Shown: in pieces, positions 56,636-64,000 of the stretch
Position numbering within the stretch: the first letter of the stretch is position 1
Layout of the letters: every line of letters starts with the position of its first letter
Assembly (NCBI RefSeq): GCF_009914755.1
Contig: NC_060930.1
DNA: 64,000 bases
Origin: the human T2T-CHM13v2.0 reference genome, Homo sapiens
Direction: 5' to 3' (one strand)
Translations under genes and position numbers: made by a program
The notes under the pieces: model-generated
What the model saw: only the letters and a program-made list of their open reading frames with translations
Databases searched by the model: none
Told to the model about the DNA's origin: nothing

Positions 56636-57189
56636 TGCCACAGTAGAATGAGCTTTTGTAAACAGAAGTAAATCTTAAATTGTATCAAAAAATGTAATTA
56701 TTATTTTAATTGTATTATAAAAATTTTTGTAGTCAGATTTTAAAAAGTTTATTGCTATAGTTTAGAGACAATAATTTCTCATTTGCTGCATTTCGCCCAT
56801 GGCCACTGAAGTACATATTCATGATAGGAATAGACATTTACTTTCAGCTGAGGTTAATGTAAGAGCAAGATTTCTAAGGTGCCTAATTTTTTCCTTACAA
56901 TTGTTTTTATCTTCTTCAAATTCTTTTTACGTGTGTATCTAAGATAACTTATCGCTGACATACATAATTTGGGAGTTAAAATCAACTTTAGTTGGCCAAG
57001 TTAATATTTATCCTCAAATGATATTTCTTTAAAACTCCCAAATAGGGCTTTTATTTTTAAAGACTCATGATCTAAATATGATTATTTAATTAAAATTATA
57101 AATTAAATGCAGTTCTTTAAAGTTATTTTGCATACTAATATAAATGTTGGTACACCAAACAATTCCACAAAAATTATAACATATAAACT

Positions 57190-58212
57190 AATCTTTAGGG
57201 TAGCATTGTATATTAGAAATATAATGTAAGCCACATATGTTGTTTTAAATTTTCTGGTGATCACATTTTTAAAAGTAAAAAAACTAAAATTAATTTTAAT
57301 GATATATTTAATTTAACCCAGCGTAGTAGTCCCTCACTAATCTGTGGTTTCACTTTTCATGATTTCAGTTACCTGCAGTCAATCATGGTCTGAAAATATT
57401 AAATGGAAAATTTCATAAATGTAACAATTTGCAAATGTTAAGTTGTGTGACAGTCAGTAACATGATAAAGTCTCACCTTGTCCAGCTCCATCCTACCTGA
57501 GTCATGAGTCATCCAAGGGAGCTGTAGACACTCCCTGCCCTCATCAGATCCACTGTCATGGTGTCACAGTGCTTGTGTTCAAGCAACTCTTATTTTACCT
57601 ACTAATGGCCCCAAAGTGCAAGAGGAATAATGCTGGCAATTCACATATGCCAAAGAGAAGCAGTTAAGTGCTTCCTTTAAGTAAAAAGGTAAAACTTTTC
57701 AACTTAATGAAGAAGGAAAAAATCATATGCCAAAGTCGCTAATATCTGCAGTAAGAACAAAACTGTGAAATTGTGTGGAAGGAAAAAGAAATTCATGCTT
57801 GCTAGCTTTCCTGTTGCACCTCAAACTGCAAGTTATGGCCACAGTATGTGATAAGTGTTGTCAAGATGGAAAAGGCATCAAATTTGTGGGTGGAAGATGA
57901 ACAGAAACATGTCTCGATTGATGGCAATTGGGTTCAGCACTATTCTCAGTTTCAGGCATCCACTGGTGGTCTTGAAACCTGTATCCCCCACAGATAAGGG
58001 AGAACTTCTGCATATCCAAACTATTACCATTTTACCATGTAACCAATATAAAACATTATTGAGTTATTTTACCTTCTTTTTTTTTTTTGAACCAAGTTTT
58101 CAAAATCCAAGGTGTATTTTACACATACAGCACATCTCATTTCAGAATACCCACTTGTCAAGTCTCATTAGTCATATATGGCTAGTGGCCACCATATTGA
58201 GCACACAGCTCT
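57190..58212. mobile_element. MER33/MER3-like hAT fossil interrupted by a MER44 (Tigger) element at about 57324-58010
   Basis: MER44-like termini tagtagtccctcactaatctgtgg...cacagataagggagaacttctg; flanks read as one split Charlie-type element. Confidence 0.7.
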
Positions 58213-58345
58213 GCGATTCCTCTTGGCCATCGCTACACACACCTGCTTGAATGACCACTTCCAAATATGTCAGTGATTTTTGTGACAAATTGCAAGTTGA
58301 CAATATTTTATTAATATTTCCAGACTGATAGAAAGTAAAGTTATT

Positions 58346-58640
<295 letters not shown>

Positions 58641-59084
58641 TTAAGAAGAAAAGAAAGTTGTTACATATAAGAAAATTCTAAATGTTTCTATAACAGTGCT
58701 CTTTCAATATTAATGTCACTTTTTCTTTTAAATGTTATTTTCTAATGAGAACTCAGTATAAACCAAATTTGGATTTCATTCAAGGGAGGGTTTTTTTTTA
58801 GGAATTATTGAAAGATCATTGATAAGTAATTTTCTTATCTATAGTAGTCCAGGACTTGAACCCAAATTTAGCAATGTATGGTGGCTCTACTGACTTTATA
58901 TGCTCCTTGCCTCTGATTCATTCCCACTGTCAATTCTATCATATCAGACCATACCCTAGGTCCTTGAAATAACAAAAAGATCCAAAAGTAAATTAGAAAA
59001 AAAATGTGTAAAATTACCAGCCTGATTTTTAACTCATGAAAAATGGTAGAAAATATATATCCATGTTCATAGGCAAAAGGAGGG

Positions 59085-59525
59085 GCAATCCAAGATTCCA
59101 TCAATGAGTGAATGGATAAATAAAATGTGATAGAGACATCCAATGAAATATTATTCAGCCTTAAAAAGGAAGAAAATCCTGGCACATGCTATAACTTGGA
59201 TGAACCTTGAAGGCATTTTGCTAAGTGAAATAAGCCAGTCACCGAAAGGCAAATACTGTACAATTCCACTTACATGAGGTCCTTAGAGTAGTCAAATTCA
59301 TAGAGACAGAAAGTAGAATGGTGGTTTCCAGGGAGCGGGAGAGGAGATAATGGACAGCTGTTTAATGGGTATGGAGTTTCAACTTTGTGAGATGAAAAGA
59401 ATTCTGGAGGTGGATGCTGGTGATGGTTGCACTACAATGTAAATGTACTGAACGCCCAAGAACGGTGCACTTAAAATAGTTAAGATGGTAAATTTTATGC
59501 TACGTATATTATATCACCAAAAAAA
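59085..59525 (+). mobile_element. L1MB-like 3' end
   Basis: gaatggataaataaaatgtg...gtagtcaaattcatagagacagaaagtagaatggtgg...ggtaaattttatg. Confidence 0.75.
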
Positions 59526-59913
59526 AGGTAGAAAAGAAAATCCAGTCACCCTAATAAAGGCTCTCCTACCTAAACACTGACAATGCCCAACTCCCATACA
59601 ACATTTTCCTTGTGGATTTCTGAGTACTGTCATAAAGGACAAATTATATTTGTATATCCACAAATTTCATTTTATCCCATGATTTCAGCCTTATTCTCCG
59701 AGAGTTTTGACCAGGCCAGTAACTGATAGCTTATACAATGTGACCATTGTTTCTTCCCCCAGTATCACCTACCAACAGGACCACGAGGCCCCCAGTCCAG
59801 AATCTGGAGAATCAACAAAGGGCATGAAGAACACAGAGACTGCATAATCTGGCCCAGAGTCACAGAAAATGGACGTAATCACTTCCTGGATACTGATGTT
59901 TTCTGTGTCATAC

Positions 59914-60128
59914 CTTTTCTACAAGGCCCTGGCAATGTAAGCTATGACAGCTGGTTGCCTGTCGTCATTGGCACTTGGTGGATGACGGCTGCATCCATTA
60001 AAAGGTGTGTGCACCATGCCAAGAGTGTTCCCAGCTCTATGTGAGCATCACAGTGTGCACCCTAAGTTCAAGCTGCGTGGCTGTTTTTCCTGCTGTGTCT
60101 GAGAATACTGCAAAAGCTGGGGATGATT
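59914..60128 (-). pseudogene. Candidate 215-bp degraded exon of the fossil gene
   Basis: Strong acceptor aacttcttgttctttag|AAT and donor AAAAG|gtatga in unique sequence; all three frames contain stops; one frame ends in phase 1, compatible with the 56092 exon. Confidence 0.4.
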
Positions 60129-61039
60129 CTAAAGAACAAGAAGTTCAAATGGTGCTACAGAGCCTCCTGGGAACAAAAAGAACCACAGGACACCTGGGAG
60201 TTCCCATCATTCTGCACTTGCTATAGGTTTTGGCCCCAATTTTTGCCACTATTCAGCCCTGGTACTGGCTTTTGGCCTCAACCCAAATCCTCAGACCACC
60301 TCAACCCAAATCTTCTTGGGCTCACCACATAAAGTCAGATTTTCCGAGTGAATAAAAATGAAGATGCTTTTGGATGGGACCAAGACCCAAGGGTTATAAA
60401 CCCCTTTAAAAACTGAGTTTAGTATTTTTTGTTTTTTAAAAAGAGAAAGAAAAAAAGAGAATACTCATGGCTTTGGTAGCAATATAAAAAAAGGAAAAGG
60501 CAATAATAACATCAATACTCACCACTCTTTCAAATATTAGACAGGGAAGCAGGCAAGAGGTGCTACTTTTTCTATTTCTTGGTCTCTTCTTCAGATTTGG
60601 AGATAGCTTTGCTTGAAGGATAGCAAGAGACCTTTTAAAAAGATGAAAGTAGAGTCTCGTGTACTAATGAAAAAATAAGACAAAAATTCAGGATGCCAGA
60701 CCTAGGGCTGCATTTGCTCTAGTCACTGGAAGAGTATGGATTTAAGACCTCTCGCAACCTGTGATCTGTAGAAGGGTGAACACAGAAAAAAAAAGAGTTA
60801 TTTTTATTTTCTGCTTTTATTAAAAGTTTATTTTAAAAGTTACAATATTTGTATAATACTATTTAGAAGAAATAAAAAATACTTAGAAACATAAAGAAGT
60901 TAAACCACACATAATCTTACCACCCAGACAACAGTTATCAATATTTTGATGTACAAGATGTTTTTTAAAGAAACAGACCAATATACTATATGTTATGTTA
61001 CTTGCTTTATTTTAAATTAAGGAATTTATATACAAAGGG

Positions 61040-63530
61040 CATCAATTTTCTACTACTGCATTAAAAAGTACCCCAAATTTTAGCAACTTAAAAAACACAA
61101 ACATTTTTTAACTCACAAAGTTCATGTGGATCAGGAACCTGAGAGTGGCTCGGTTGAGTGGTTCTGGTGCTGGATCTCCCATGAAGTTGCAGTGAAGATG
61201 TAAGCCAAGCTACAGTCATCTGAAGACCGGACTAGCCATTTCCAAGCTCCCTGCCCTGGTTTTTGGTTTTCCCTACTCACCTGTTGTTGAACTCGGTATT
61301 TTAGTTCCTCTGCACACGGTTGCCTTAGTATCTTCAGGACATGGCAGCTGGCTTCCCCAGAGCAAGTGATCCAAAAGAGGAAGAGCATGAAAGCAAGATC
61401 AAAACGGAAGCCATGGTGTCTTCCATTACCCAATGTCAGAAGTTACATACACCATTTCTGCTGTATCCTCAGGGTCACCCAGACCAACAATGAATGTGAG
61501 AGAGTTTGAAATACCAAGAGGCAGGGATTAATGGTGACCTTCTTAGAAATGTTGCCACAAATAAAATGCACAGATTTTGTGTGTACATTGATGAGTTTTG
61601 ACAAATGTCATATGCAACCATCACTAATCACAAAGTATTTATGTCCGTCCAAAAAGCTTTCTCATGACCTCTTTCAGTCAATCCCTGCCCACCTCCCCAG
61701 CAGCAACCACTGTTTGTGGTTTTTCACCATATAATCATTTTCATTTGTTATTGTACTTCTTATAAATTGAATCAGACAGTATGTACTTTTTTCTGTCTTG
61801 CTTTTCTTACTCAGCAGTATCACTAAAGATTCATTCTTGTTGCTAAATGTTGTTCATTCCTTCTTATTGCTGCCTAGTATTCTACTGTATGAATATACCA
61901 CAAATTGTTAATTAATTTACCTATTTACAGACTTTAGGTTGTCTTCAGAGTTTAGAGCTAATACGAATAAAGCTGTTGTTAACATCTTTGTACAAGTCTT
62001 TTTTTTCATGGGTGTATGTCTTCATTTATCTTGGGTAAAAACTAAGGAGTTTAATTGCACATCACAGGCTAGATATATATTTGATCTTATTTTTAAAATT
62101 GCCAAATGATTTTCTGAAGTGATAGTATCATTTTACACTTCCACCAGCAATTTATTAGAGTTTCAGTTACTATATGTACTCACCAACATTTAACTTCCCA
62201 TTTTCAAGTTGCAGCAATCTCGTAAGTATGTAGTAATCTTTCACTGAAGTTTTAAGTTGCATTTCCCCAATGTCTAATGTTATTGAGCACCTTTTTCATG
62301 TGTTTATTGGTCATTTACATTATCTTCTTTTGTGAAATATCCACTAGTATTTGGGAAGTATCTTCTTTTGCAAAGTATCTCCTTGTTTATTTTAATTGGG
62401 TTATTTGGTTTTTCAATATTGAATTGTTGGCATTGTTTGTTTATTCTGATTACAAGTATTTTGTCAGCTATTTGGGTTGCAAACCTTTGATCCCAGTCTG
62501 TGGTGCACCTTTTCATTTCTTTAGTGGTGTGTTTTTATGAGAATAAATTTTGATAATGTCTAATTTACCAATTTTATGTTTTATGGTTAGTGCTTTTGTG
62601 ACTTAGCTAAGACATTTTTGCCTCTCCCAAAATTGCAAAGATATTATCCTTGTTTTCTTTTAGAAGCTTTATAATTTTTGCTTTTATGTTTAGGTCTATG
62701 ATCAATTTTGAATTACTTTTTTGGTTTATGGTGTGAGGTAGGGGCTAGGGTACATTTATTTTCTCACATGGATGTCTAGTTTTTCTAGGATTGTTTGTTG
62801 AAAGGGTTTTCTTTTCCCTTTCAAATGCTTTGTGCCTTTGTTAAAAATTAACTGACTGTATATATCTGCATCTATTTCTGGTCTCTATTTCATTCCACCA
62901 ATCTATTTGCCTAAACTTATATCTAAGTCAATAACACACTATCTTGATCAACTATAGCTTTACAATACATCTTGGTGTAACCTGCTTTTGGCACAAAACA
63001 AGATGTTATGAGTATCTTCCCAGGCCAAAATTTCTGTGACATCTGCCGTTTTTATGAATGCATAGTACTCTATCATATGCATGAATTATAATTTAATGAA
63101 CAAATTTCTAATTGTTGGTTTTTTAGCCTTTGTATTTTTAAATATCACTGAAAAATTCTGCAGTGAACATCTTTGGCATTGCCCTTAGTTATATTCTATG
63201 AATAAATTCTTAGAAGTGAAATTGCTAAATTAAAGTGTGTGCTGGTTGTTAAAGATTTGGTATATATTGCCAAACTGTACAAAGATTGTGTCAGCTTACC
63301 CTGCCACCAGCTGAGAATGAGAGAGCCAATGCTGTGTATTATCATTTAAAATTAAAGCCGCTGTGTGATTTTAAATGATAGATGAAACTAGTATATCATT
63401 GCTGATTCAATGTGCATTTATAATTACCCGTAAAAAAAAGAATATTTTACGTGTATTGACCACACAAATACAAATTTTCTGTCTTTTAAGTTGCCTGTTT
63501 ACATCATTTGGTCATTTTCCAATTGCCTTT
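61040..63530 (-). repeat. Old MLT1-like LTR (about 61040-61555) followed by L1M fragments
   Basis: MaLR-like and antisense L1 3'UTR phrases; boundaries approximate. Confidence 0.6.
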
Positions 63531-64000
63531 ACTTCCTTTGTAATGGACTAAGGCCAAAGCTAATTGTAGTCTCAATGTAGAAGTTCTTTCAGGCCCAATT
63601 CAGAATAATTAAATATATAATTTTTTTTCTAGAAATAGTATAAGTGAAATAAAAATGCAAAAAATGCTATTGAATATTTCTATTAAAACAAATTTACTCA
63701 CTATAATTATAATATCACATAGTTGCAATGATTAGCTCATTTTCTTTATCTTCTACATAAAACTCAGGCTCTGCTACTTTAGGGCTTTGGCACCACACTC
63801 CATCTGTCCAGATGGCTTCTAACTTCCTAATTTGTCCTTGCCTTGGCCTGAAAACTTGTCATTTCTGTACTCTTGACCTGTTCCTTCTCGATGTGTTTCT
63901 TTGCCACTCCCTAGCTGTTTCTTTCAAATTCCCCCTAAAAATTATTTTCACCTATCAAAGTCTTTGACCAATCTAGCCTATTGCCAACCTTTTCTTATTG

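Overview
Primate, almost certainly human, genomic DNA that is very repeat-rich and contains no intact protein-coding gene. Clear elements: a 968-bp HERV-K(HML-2) LTR5_Hs solo LTR with a 5-bp TSD (14-981); an ERV1 solo LTR of the MER41/MER66 group; two full-length but dead L1PA elements (9152-15302, 24937-30968); two 5'-truncated L1PAs (8247-8862, 51745-55647); a 7.3-kb HERV-W element retrocopied by L1 machinery (minus strand, R-U5...U3-R-polyA, long TSD, Arg-type PBS); Alus, MaLR LTRs, DNA transposon fossils and old L1M backbones. The most interesting signal sits in the few unique islands between the repeats. On the minus strand there is a chain of about ten AG/GT-bounded, mostly phase-compatible, protein-like exon candidates from about 60.1 kb down to about 5.1 kb. 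Some are fully open and some carry stops or frameshifts, which suggests a decaying multi-exon gene (a candidate unprocessed or unitary pseudogene) whose identity I cannot confirm. Other notable points: the two young L1s share many non-consensus bases (gene conversion or misassembly); an ATG-intact L1 ORF0 points toward the fossil exons; and a 52-bp unique segment is duplicated 1 kb apart. Repeat subfamily names come from recalled consensus features, not from a run alignment.
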